A stretch of DNA of 64,000 nt from Octopus sinensis (taxonomy: Eukaryota). The notes under the pieces were generated by a model. That model was not told the DNA's origin. It saw only the letters and a list, made by a program, of their open reading frames with translations, and made no database searches. The stretch lies in NCBI RefSeq assembly GCF_006345805.1, contig NC_043019.1, positions 12,027,360-12,091,359 on the forward strand. The letters run 5' to 3'. Numbering within the stretch: the stretch's first letter is position 1; every line of letters starts with the position of its first letter. This document shows, piece by piece, positions 53,123 to 64,000 of the stretch. The position numbers and the translations under genes were made by a program.

Positions 53123-53495
53123 TAAAGGCAGTGCTCCAGCATGGCCACAGTCAATGACTGAAACAAATAAAAGAGTACATTTTCCACATGCCAGGCATGT
53201 GAAAAAAGCATTCGAGTGAGGTCATTGCCAGTGCCACTGGACTGGCTCCTGTGCAGGTGGCACGTAAAAAACACCATTTGAGCGTGGCCGTTGCCAGTAC
53301 TGCCTGACTGGCCCTCATGCCGGTGGCATGTAAAAAGCACCTGCTACATTCTCGGAATGGTTGGCGTTAGGAAGGGCATCCAACTGTAGAAACTTTACTA
53401 GATCAGATTGGAGCCTGGTACAGCCATCTGGTTCGCCAGACCTCAGTCAAATCGTCCAACCCATGCTAGCATGGGAGGCGGACGTTAAACGATGA

Positions 53496-53530
<35 letters not shown>

Positions 53531-55309
53531 GGAAAAGAAAGTTATTTTATTCCAAATGGGTAGAAATATAGGAAAAATACAAGTTGAAAATGCATTGAGA
53601 ATAGTTAAAATATTTTTTATTAAAATATTTGAAGCTTTAATTGGTTTCACAGTTTACACTGATTTTCAAAATGTTCAAATAGAAAGACGTGGCACCCACT
53701 ACACTCATTGAGTCTTGAAAAAAACACTCACACACACAAATCTTGTTAAATGCAACTACTCAGGGTTTCCTGGTTGAAATAAAAATTTATTTCACCAAAG
53801 CTGTTTATCTGTTGTCTCTTGAGCAGATCACATTTAAACAACCATCTTTTGAATGTTTGGTGCTGTGATAAGAGATGTTCCATGACACTTTCAGCATTAA
53901 TTTACAAACTTAAAGATGATTAGACCAGTTTCGGTATCAAATGGAAAAATCCTCTTCAAAACCAGATCCTATATTAACGGGCCCAAAAAATGTTCAGTAT
54001 ATTTTCATCATCATCAACATCATCATCATCATCGTTTAGCGTCCACTTTCCATGCTGGCATGGGTTGGACGGTTCAACTGGGGTCTGGGAAGCCAGAAGG
54101 CTGCACCAGGCCCAGTCTGATCTGGCAATGTTTCTACGGCTGGATGCCCTTCCTAATGCCAACCACTCAATGAGTGTAGTGGGTGCTTTTTACGTGCCAG
54201 ACGAGGCTGGCAAACGGCCACGATCGGATGGTGGGCGAGGCTGGCAATGGCCACGATCGGATGATAAAACTATATCTCTTAAAAAGCTTGACAACTTTCG
54301 ATGAATGTCAGTATATTTGCATTTGAAGAAATACATCTTGTTGGAATTTAAAAGTAGGCCTCTGGACTCTTAAACACCATTAGCATCTTGTTCATGTTTG
54401 CTTAAGATTGAATTATTGTAACGTTGGTTATCTCCCTTGAGTTTTTCTTGTTTTCTTCTTTACCAGCATCTGTTGTTTAATTGTTACCTGCTCAAAAGAC
54501 AGTTGAGAAACAGTCTTGTTCTCAGCTGGATAAATGGTGAAGTGAATTTTTATTTTGACCAGGAAACCCTAGGTAGCTGTATTTAACAAGAATTGTGTAG
54601 TTTTTATTATAACATTATGTGTGTGTGTGTTAAGAAGCTTGCTTCCCATCCACATGGTTCCAGCTTCAGTTCCACTGCATGGCATAGCCTCAGGCCAACC
54701 AAAGCCATGTGAGTGGATTTGATAGACAGAAACTGAAAGAAGCCTGTCATATATATGTATATATATATACATCATCATCATCGTTTAATGTCCATTTTCC
54801 ATACTAGCATGGGTTGGATGGTTCGACCGGGATCTGGGAAGCCAGGAGGCTGCACCAGGCTCCAGTCTGATCTGGCAGTGTTTCTACAGCTGGATGCCCT
54901 TCCTAATGCCAACCACTCCGTGAGTGTAGTAGGTGCTTTTTATGTGCCACCGGTACAGGGGCCTGAGGAGGCTGGCAACGGCCACGATCAGTTGGTGCTT
55001 TTTATGTTTTTGCATCTGTTTGTCCCCCCACCATCACTTGACAACCGATGCTGGTGTGCTTATGTTCCTGTAACTTACCAGTTTGGCAAAAGAGACTGAT
55101 AGAATAAGTACTAGGCTTACAAAGAATAAGTCCTGTGTTCGATTTCTTCATCTTAAACCCTTTAAGGCAGTGCTCCAGCATGGCCACAGTCAACTGACTG
55201 AAACGTGTAAAAAAATATGTGTGCACTATGCAGTGATATGTATGTGTATCTATCTATGCAGCTGTCTGTCTTTATGTATGTATGTACGTATGTTATATAC
55301 ATATATATA

Positions 55310-55622
55310 TACTCTTACTCTTTACTCTTTTACTTGTTTCAGTCATTTGACTGCGGCCATGCTAATGCACCGCCTTTAGTCGAGCAAATTGACCCCAGGA
55401 CTTATTCTTTGTAAGCCCAGTACTTATTCTATCGGTCTCTTTTGCCGAACCGCTAAGTGACGGGGACGTAAACACACCAGCATCGGTTGTCAAGCAATGC
55501 TAGGGGGACAAACACAGACACACAAACATACACACACACATATATATATATATACATACATATATACGACGGGCTTCTTTCAGTTTCTGTCTACCAAATC
55601 CACTTACGAGGCATTGGTCGGC
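55310..55622 (-). mobile_element. SINE family A, 5'-truncated
   Basis: Tail and body in reverse orientation. Confidence 0.85.
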
Positions 55623-56026
55623 CAATATATATATATATATATATATATATTGGCCTGCTCGCTTAGCCAGCAGGGTGGCGTCATTCGAAGGCTAAAACAA
55701 TGCGAATGCATTGTGACCAGTGATGTGTAACAACATCTGATGGTCTGGTCGGTCACGTGATCACGTGATATATATATATATATATATCATATTTCAACAG
55801 CAAACATTACTGAAATAAATACTATTGAAAATTGGAGCTATATATTTGTTAAAGATATATATTACACATATATGTGCACAAACACTTATATGAAATATGT
55901 ACCAAGCACAGACGCATACATACACACACACACACACAGATATACACACATGCTTACAAGTACACAGATACACGATGCACACATGTGAAAGAAATATTCA
56001 AGTATAGATTTTATTCCGTTTCTCAG

Positions 56027-56128
56027 AACAAATGCTGGAGTTACATCGTGGCCAGGGAATGGATATTTATTGGCGTGATGCTGTCCACTGTCCAACCGAG
56101 GAAGAATACAAAGCTATGGTCATTCGCA
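56027..56128 (+). CDS. GGPS1: GGPS1 coding exon ([34 protein letters not shown])
   Basis: tctcag acceptor, GTAAGA donor; GQGxDIYWRD and CPTEEEY motifs. Confidence 0.98.
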
Positions 56129-56266
56129 GTAAGAGACATTTTCTTGTTTTTTTCTTGTTGCACTTTTTCTTATTTACTTTTCAGAAAACCAGAAAATCTG
56201 CCTCAACAGTTTTTGTCTGACCTTTTCAAACATGGAGAAGTGGTTGGAGGAGGAGAAGAAGAAGGA

Positions 56267-56267
<1 letters not shown>

Positions 56268-56347
<80 letters not shown>

Positions 56348-56376
56348 CAGCAGCAGCAGCAGTAGTAGTGGTAGTG

Positions 56377-56427
<51 letters not shown>

Positions 56428-56556
56428 ATGGTGGTGGTGGTCCTAGTAGTAGTAGTAGTAGTAGTAGTGCTGGTGGTGGTAGTAGTAGTAGTAGTAGAAG
56501 TAGTGGTAGTAGTAGAAGTAGTAATTGTAGGAGTAGTAGTAGTAGCAGCAGCAGCA
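56268..56556. repeat. (AGT)n/(GGT)n microsatellite
   Basis: Direct reading. Confidence 0.95.
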
Positions 56557-57779
56557 GGTTTCTAACCATGTAGTTCTGGGTTCAATACTGCTGTGTGGCA
56601 TTTTGGACAAGTGTTGTTTACCAGAGTTTCAGGCCAACCAAAGCTTTGTGAGTGGGTTTGGTAAATGGAAACTGAAAGAAGCCCATCATATGTGTATGTA
56701 TATGTGTGTGTGTGTGTTTATCCCCACCATTTGACAGCCAGTGTTTGTTTATTTATGTCCCTGTTTGCAAAAAGAGACCGATACAAGTCTCAGGCTTTTA
56801 AAAAAAAATGGATTGCAAATACTGAGACTGATTTGTTTGGCTAAACTGTTTTAGGTGGTGCTCCAGTATGGCAGCAGTTCAATGACTGAAACAAGTAAAA
56901 AAGAAAAATATTATTATTATAAGGGTGGCGAGCTGGCAGAATCGTTAGCATGCCGGGCGAAATGCTTAGCAGTATTTCGTCTGCCGCTATGTTCTGAGTT
57001 CAAATTCCGCTGAAGTCGACCTTTGCCTTTCATCCTTTCGGGGTCGATAAATTAGGTACCAGTTACGCACTGGGGTCGATGTAATCGACTTAATACCTAT
57101 GTCTGTCCTTGTTTGTCCCCTCTGTGTTTAGCCCCTTGTGGGTAATAAAGAAATAGATATTTTGTCTGCCGCTATGTTCTGAGTTCAAATTCCACTGAAG
57201 TTGACCTTTGCCTTTCATCCTTTGGGGTCAACTAAATAAGTACCAGTTATGCACTGGGGCTGATGTAATCGACTGAAACCCTTTGTCTGTCCTTGTTTGT
57301 CCCCTCTATGTTTAGATCCCTGTGGGCAATAAAGAAATAAATTATTATTATTATTGTTTAATGGTCGGCCGTTCTTCCATGCTTGTATAAATTCGGCAAA
57401 ATTTGTTGAGGCAGATTTTCTACGGCAGGATCTTCTTCCTGCCACCATCCCTTATTTGTTTCCAAGCAACGTAATATTTCCCTCCCAAGTCCTTTGAACA
57501 CAAAACAGCACCAAAGCTGAACCCTTACTTTCACAGCAAATTGCAAACAAATGTCACCGTTTATGTGGCAGCAATGTTTACAACCATTGTGTGATATCAC
57601 ACACATATTCGTATACTGTATCTTCCTCACATTTTTCTCATCATCATCACTGCCAACCTTCCTTATTCATTTATTTTCACTACTCATAACTCACTTTCCT
57701 CACTCACTAACCAGCTTCTTTACTCATCTCTTGTCTTCTTCACTCATCATTCATCCTCCTCTCTTGTCACTCATCTTCC

Positions 57780-58350
57780 TCACTCAATACTCACTTTCCC
57801 CATTCATCCATCTTCCTCAGTCATAACTCATTTTCTCTTACCACTCACCATCTTCACTCATCGCTCACTCTCTCCACTTATCACTCAACTTCCTCACTCA
57901 ACACTCACTTTCCCCATTCATCCATCTTCCTCAGTCATAACTCATTTTCTCTTACCACTCACCATCTTCACTCATCGCTCACTCTCTCCACTTATCACTC
58001 AACTTCCTCACTCAACACTCACTTTCCCCATTCATCCATCTTCCTCAGTCATAACTCATTTTCTCTTACCACTCACCATCTTCACTCATCGCTCACCCTC
58101 TCCACTTATCACTCGCCTTCCTTACTCATCTTTACACACAACTCACTCAGCACCTCCCTTCCTCACTCAACACTCACCTTCCCCACTTATCACTCATCTC
58201 TCAGCTTCCCCACTCGTCACTCATCTTCCCCACTCATCACTCACATTCCTCACTCATCACTCACCTTCCCCACCCATCACTCATCTTCTCCACTCATCAC
58301 TCACCTTACCCACTCATCACTCACCTTCCCCACTCATCATTCATTATCCT
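57780..58350. repeat. G-poor 114-bp x 3 tandem repeat grading into about 20-bp cactcatcactcaccttccc repeats
   Basis: cattcatcc at 57801, 57915, 58029. Confidence 0.9.
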
Positions 58351-58412
58351 CACTCACCGCAACTGTTCAACTTACCAATTCCTTTCATACTTATTGTGTT
58401 TTATTTCTGCAG

Positions 58413-58473
58413 AGACTGGAGGTTTGTTTGGCATGGCCATCCGCCTAATGCAGCTCTTCAGTTCCAACCAAAG
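58413..58473 (+). CDS. GGPS1: GGPS1 coding exon (KTGGLFGMAIRLMQLFSSNQ)
   Basis: ctgcag acceptor, GTGAGT donor; KTGGLF motif. Confidence 0.97.
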
Positions 58474-58759
58474 GTGAGTCAGTCTCTTTTTATCTCTGAC
58501 ACAGATGCTGGAATGTCATTGGTTTCCCTTGTGTCTGTGTGTTCAAATCTCACTGTTGTCATCTTGACATTTAAGCTGGAATGATACACCTTAAAACATG
58601 ATTGATTTTTATCGATTTTGTTTTGAAGTCTACAGTGGTGATGGTGGTGGTGGTGGCTTGGAGTAGTGGTAGCAGCTTGGAGTAGCAGTGGTGATAGCAG
58701 CTTGAGGTGATAATAGTGGTGGTAGTGATGGTGGGTGGTGGTGGTGGTGGTGGTGATGC

Positions 58760-58790
<31 letters not shown>

Positions 58791-60560
58791 AGTGGTGGTG
58801 GTGGTGGGTGATGCTGTTGTTGGTGGTGGTAATGGTGGTGGTAGTAGTGGTGGTAATGGTGGTGGTAGTGGTGGTGTTGGTGTTGTTGTTGGTGATGGTG
58901 GTAATGGTGGTGGTAGAGGTGGTAATATGGGATAGTAGCTGCGCTGGTGGTGGTAGAATTGCAAGTAGGATCCTGTTGCGTTTTGTTGTTATTGTGGAGT
59001 TATTAGTCTAGGGTCAATCAGCTGAGATTGGCACATAGATTGTTGGATGTTGGTTGGAATCCTCTCAACAGTCTTTGTCTAACCCATACCCGCATAGAAA
59101 AGCAGATGTGAAAACTGTGACAACAGTGATTTCTTTTTTGAATGTTTTTTTTTTGCTGTGGATCTGAAATTTTAAAAAAAACTAAAAAAAATTTCATCAT
59201 TACCACCACCACCACCACCACCACCACCACTACCTTCATCATCATTATATGTTTGTTCCTTCTTGAGCCATGCCTGGCCCATAAGGGCCAGTTTACCGGT
59301 TTCCTTGGCATATAGGTTCCCCACCTGGATGGGACGCCAGTCCATCGCAGGTGTGCTTGCAAGATGCAGAAGGAAAGAGTGAGAGAAAGTTGTGGCGAAA
59401 GAGTCAGCAGAAGTTCGCCATTACCTTCTGCTGGAGCCACGTGGAGCTTAGGTGTTTCGCTCATAAACACACACATTGCCCGGTCTGAGATTCGAACCCA
59501 CGATCCCTCGACCACGAGTCCGCTGCCTTAACCACTGGGCCATGTGCCTCCACTTCATCATCATTGTCATCATTTAATGTCCATTTCCCATGCTGGCATG
59601 GGTTGGACAGTTTTGTCAAGGGCTGACAAGCTGAAGAGCTGCCTGGTCTTCATGTCTGTTTTGGCAAGGTTTCTATGGCTGGATGCCCTTTCTAACACCA
59701 AACCCTTTACAGAGGGTACTGGGTGCTTTTAAGGAGCACCAGCACAGGAGCTTTTATGTGGCACCAGCTCAAGTGGCACAATGTGGCACAAGCACCCACA
59801 AGCTCACAAATTTAGGTTTGCAAAAATATAAATCACGGCTGTCACAGTTTTCACAGCAAGGCCAAACAAAGACCTGTGAGTGGATTTGGTAGACAGAAAC
59901 CGAAAGAAGCCTGTTTACATATGTATATATCTATGTGTTTGTCCCCATCACCACTTAACCACCAGTGTTGGTGTGTTTACATCCCCATAACTTTGAAGTT
60001 CAGCAAAAGAGAATGATAGAATAAGTACTAGGCTTTAAAAAATAAGTCCTGGGTTTGATTTGATTTGTTTGACTAAAACCCTTCAAGAAAGTACTCCAGC
60101 ATGGCCACAGTCAAATGACTGGAACAAGTAAATCATCATCATCATCATCATCATCATCGTTTAACGTCCACTTTCCATGCTGGCATGGGTTGGTAGATTT
60201 GACTGAGGACTGGCGAACCAGATGGCTGCACCAGGCCCCAGTATGATCTGGCAGAGTTTCTACAGCTGGATGCCCTTCCTAACGCCAACCACTCCGAGAG
60301 TGTAGCAGGTGCTTTTACGTGCCACCAGTACGAGGGCCAGTCAGGCGGTACTGGCAACAGCCATGCTCAAATGGTGATTTTTATGTGCCACCTGCACAGG
60401 AGCCAGTCCAGCGGCACTGGCAACGATGGTAACGATCACATACATACATACAATGGACCTCTTTCCGTTTTCCTCTACCAAATCCACTCACCAGGCTTTG
60501 GTTGGCCTGGGGTTATAATAAAAGACACTTGTCCAAGGTACCATACAGTGGGACTGGATC

Positions 60561-60768
60561 ACTCGGTCCGTAGCTTAGAAATACTGGGTTGGCGTCCAGC
60601 GGGAACAGCTTTGTTTCATGGAGGAGGAAAGATCTTCTTTAGTACTTGGTTGTACAATGGTTTCCAATGTGTGTAGTAGTGGCGCGCGCACACATTATTA
60701 GCCATTTGAAAAGACTATGGAATTTAAATTCCATTGTCTCGACCACGGTCAAACAATGATGATGATGA
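60561..60768 (+). mobile_element. TSD-flanked short retroposon: unknown head of about 160 nt plus RTE 3' tail
   Basis: 12-bp direct repeat TGGGACTGGATC at 60549-60560 and 60769-60780; the tail matches the end of the 9255-9698 RTE. Confidence 0.8.
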
Positions 60769-60880
60769 TGGGACTGGATCCAAAACCACGTGATTTGGAT
60801 GCAAGATTCTTAAACCTCACAACTACACCTGTTCCTATAAAAGCTTCTAAATATGTTTTATTTATTTGTTTTCCTTTCAG

Positions 60881-60959
60881 TGATTTCAAGAATTTGCTAG
60901 AATTATTGGGCTTATATTTCCAGATCAGAGATGATTACTGCAATATGAAAGATAAGTCT
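60881..60959 (+). CDS. GGPS1: GGPS1 coding exon with second aspartate-rich motif (SDFKNLLELLGLYFQIRDDYCNMKDKS)
   Basis: tttcag acceptor, GTAAGT donor; LGLYFQIRDDY motif. Confidence 0.98.
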
Positions 60960-61778
60960 GTAAGTAGCCATGTCTTTGGAATTTGGATTCACCAGATTCT
61001 TAACTCCCCCCCCCCCCAAAAAAATGCTGATATTAACCTGTTCATTAGTTTACTGGCTCGTTTATGTTATTTCTTAAAATTTAATTTCTTCTGCTGTTTT
61101 ATATTATATATTTTATATGCATATATATATATATATAAATGTTGAGGTACAATGGCCCAGTGGTTAGGGCAGCGGACTTGCGGTCGGAGGATCGCGGTTT
61201 CGATCCCCAGACTGGGTGTTGTATGTGTTTATTGAGCGAAAATACCTAAAGCTCCACGAGGCTCTGGCAGGAGGTGGTGGTGACCCCTGTTGTATTCTTT
61301 CGCCACGACTTCCTCTCACTCTTTCTTCCTGTTTCTTGAGTAATGCTGCGATGGACTGGCGTCCCGTCCAGCTGGGGAGAACACATACGCCACCTAAACC
61401 GGGAAACCGGGCCCATGAGCTTGGCTAGGCTTGAAAAGGGCGCATAAATAAAAAATATATATATAAAATATATATTATATATTTTATTTAATATTATATG
61501 TGTTTTGTTTCATTTAAAGATTTATTCTCTAAATATAGAAAATGTTGAAAAATTTAACCCTTTAGAATTTAAACCAGCAATATCCAGCTAAAATAGCCTG
61601 CCGGTTTTACGTTCAAACTGGCCGAATCCAGCCTCTCACACGTACCCTACACCTGGTACCTTAACTTTCTTCTTCTCTTGCAATGCCTTCATTATCTCCT
61701 CCTCCTCCACCACCACCACCACCACAGACCTAACTAGGAGATATCAATAATGGTTTTCTCTCTCTCTTTTTATTTCAG

Positions 61779-61881
61779 TATGAAAAAAGTAAAACTTATT
61801 GTGAAGATTTAAGTGAAGGCAAATTCTCTTTCCCTCTCATCCATGCCATACAAACCAATCCTGATGACAATCAAGTTTTAA
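61779..61881 (+). CDS. GGPS1: GGPS1 coding exon ([34 protein letters not shown])
   Basis: tttcag acceptor; CEDLxEGKFSFP motif; donor is GTATCCTT. Confidence 0.97.
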
Positions 61882-63137
61882 GTATCCTTCTATTCACATG
61901 TTTTACTATTATTATTATTATTATTATCATTTTTATTATTCTTATAAAGATGGCGAGTTGGCAGAATTGTTTGCTCACGGGACAAAATGCTTATCGGCAT
62001 TTCGTCTGTCAAATTCTGCCGAGGTCGACTTTGCCCTTCATTCTTTCAGGTTCGATAAATTAAGTACCAGTGAAACACTGGGGTCGATGCAATTAACTAG
62101 TCACCCTCCCCTCAAATTTCAGACCTTGTGCTTATAGTAGAAAGGATTATTATTGTTATTATTAAGGCAGCAAGTTGTTAGCACACCAGACAAAATGCAC
62201 AACAGTATTTCAGTCAAGAGATATTATTGACTTCCCCGCTTCATATATATTTGAAACCAATATATGTGTGTGTGTGTGAAGATATATGCGTTTCAGTGTG
62301 TGTATACATATACTGTTAATCCCTACATATTTTTTTCTCCCTCCATTTTTTTCTGTTCTCTCTCCATCTTTTTCCCTCTCAATTCTTTCTATTGAAGAGC
62401 ATGGGCTTGAAACATCGACGACTTTTCCATTCTTCCTGAGTGTCTGTTCTCTCTCCAACTTTTTCCCTCTCAATCCTTTCTGTCAAAGAGCATGGGCTCA
62501 AAACATCAATGACTTTTCCATTCTTCCTGAGTGCCAGACTAATACACCTGCTTGTTGTTCCCTCACCTGTCTTTGTCATTTGTTTTCTGTAAATTTGAAC
62601 TATATGTGTGTATGTGTATACATTCTGTCTCACTCTCTTTCTTTCACACCCAAATCAATATTGTTAACGTCTCTTGGTGATTCAGGGTGAAATACAAAGT
62701 TGTAGCTGCTGTTATAATAATGAAATTATTGTATACAGTGCTCAGGTGCACCACAACTTGTCAGAAAGTGCTTATAAAGTATATGCAGTAATGTACAAAT
62801 GTCTGGAAAGCGAACAATGTATGAGTCAGATACATGCTTGTGTGTGTATGGAGGGGAGGAAATCAGGTGTAGTGTTGGCGAATCTCAGGAAGCATGGAAG
62901 TTTTGAAGGATGCAGTGCTCCGACAACTAACAACTGATGCCGGCAGTCTGTTCCATGCTTCAGCAACTCTCAGCGTGAAAAAATGTTTCCTGAAGTCATG
63001 GGAGCTGTGCTGTTTTCTGACTTTGTAAATATGTCCACGGGTGTTAGACGGGTGGAGTCTGTTGTTGTTATAGTTTTTATTTTTCTTTCTCTTCCACTCA
63101 CTGCTGTCATTGATCTTAACTCCCGCCCCCCTCACAG
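61882..63137 (+). other. GGPS1: U12-type (minor spliceosome) GT-AG intron, 1256 nt, phase 1
   Basis: 5' splice site GTATCCTTC; TCTTAAC at 63114-63120, ending 17 nt before the end of the CAG acceptor; the reading frame (QVL-N-IIRQRT) fixes both junctions. Confidence 0.85.
62810..63060 (-). mobile_element. CR1-like LINE 3' end inside the U12 intron
   Basis: NTRGHIYKVRKQHSSHDFRKHFFTLRVAEAWNRLPASVV...FK motif. Confidence 0.88.
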
Positions 63138-63252
63138 ACATCATCCGACAGAGAACGGATGACTTGGATCTCAAGAAATACTGTGTCGACCTACTTGAAC
63201 AGCGTGGCACCTTTGATTATGTCAAGACTGTTTTAGTTGACTATGAAGAGAA
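63138..63252 (+). CDS. GGPS1: GGPS1 coding exon (NIIRQRTDDLDLKKYCVDLLEQRGTFDYVKTVLVDYEE); gene continues beyond
   Basis: tcacag acceptor, GTAAGT donor; IxRQRT and KKYCV motifs; about 30 C-terminal residues are still expected. Confidence 0.97.
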
Positions 63253-63442
63253 GTAAGTGATACTTTTATTGTTTTTGGTGTTGTTGTTTAGCCATGGGTT
63301 AGCTGTGGTCAAGCTGACCTATGTGTAACTCTTTTGATACCAACTTGTCTGAGACTCCCCCTTTCTGTTTTAAACTAATCTAAATCAAGATCTTCCCACG
63401 AAATGTGTTAATTTATGTTCCAGACCTTAGATAAATGAAGTA

Positions 63443-63941
63443 CCGTAAATCCTTGAATATAGTCCGCCCTTGAGTATAATATGCAGGGAATTTTTAGGGG
63501 GCTGTATCTCTGAAAAACCTAAACCTTGTGTATAATACGCACCCCTTCTCTAACTTGAGTCAAGGAGCTCTATATAACGTCCTTGGTTTGTAAAACTGTA
63601 TACGGTAACGTCCTTTATTATTATTGTATATATAACACAATGCAAATGTGTAGCTTTTTTGTGCATTTTGTTTGCAGAAAATAAAGAAATAACAGTAATA
63701 ACGTTTAATAAATGTTGCTTACTGCAAGTTATGGATGATTCTTTTATAACTTCATTGCTTAAAGTATTTTTGCGCCCGACATCACAAAATGCGTCTGAAT
63801 AAACATTGCCGGACAGCAAAGAGAGACTCGGACCGTGCTTAGAAAATAATTTTCATTTTTAACCTTGTATATAGTACGCACTGGGCATTTTGACCTGTAA
63901 ATTTTAGGAAAAAAATGTGGACTATATTCGAGGATTTACGG
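63443..63941. mobile_element. TA-flanked MITE (Tc1/mariner superfamily-like)
   Basis: 23-bp TIRs ccgtaaatccttgaatatagtcc / ggactatattcgaggatttacgg (22 of 23 match), TA on both sides. Confidence 0.85.
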
Positions 63942-64000
63942 TAATCCCTCAACTGATAGCTTTGAGATTTTGATGACGTGATTGTTTATTTTTAGAAAGA

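Noticed and set aside
60561-60640. HDV-like ribozyme at the head of the chimeric retroposon
   Set aside because: Could not thread the nested pseudoknot; no catalytic C in a J4/2 position
63996-64000. Possible start of the final GGPS1 exon after tttatttttag
   Set aside because: Only 5 nt lie inside the window; cannot be verified

Overview
Eukaryotic, AT-rich, repeat-dense genomic DNA. The tRNA-derived SINEs, RTE (TGA)n-tailed elements and long (AT)n/(AC)n tracts look like those of an octopus or other coleoid cephalopod; the species is inferred, not shown. One host gene is supported: a + strand geranylgeranyl pyrophosphate synthase (GGPS1), manually spliced from 10 coding exons at 26749-63252. 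These give 282 in-frame codons with both aspartate-rich motifs (DDIED, DDYCN); the last exon lies beyond or at the window edge. The rest is mostly transposon debris (RTE, CR1-like, Hero/R2-like, Penelope-like, mariner, hAT, piggyBac, Helitron) and tandem repeats. Highlights: (1) a U12-type minor-spliceosome intron in GGPS1 (GTATCCTT donor, CTTAAC branch site); (2) hammerhead-ribozyme motifs, one with a complete catalytic core plus a family that consistently has U at core position 6; (3) a higher-order repeat with 19 CTGAC branch-point motifs abutting a GGPS1 splice acceptor; (4) a 12-copy array of a SINE-derived Pol III B-box; (5) a 203-bp composite satellite linked to a nearby templated insertion; (6) a TSD-flanked chimeric retroposon with an unknown head and an RTE tail. 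All calls were made by eye, with no database searches. TE boundaries are approximate unless a TSD or TIR is quoted.
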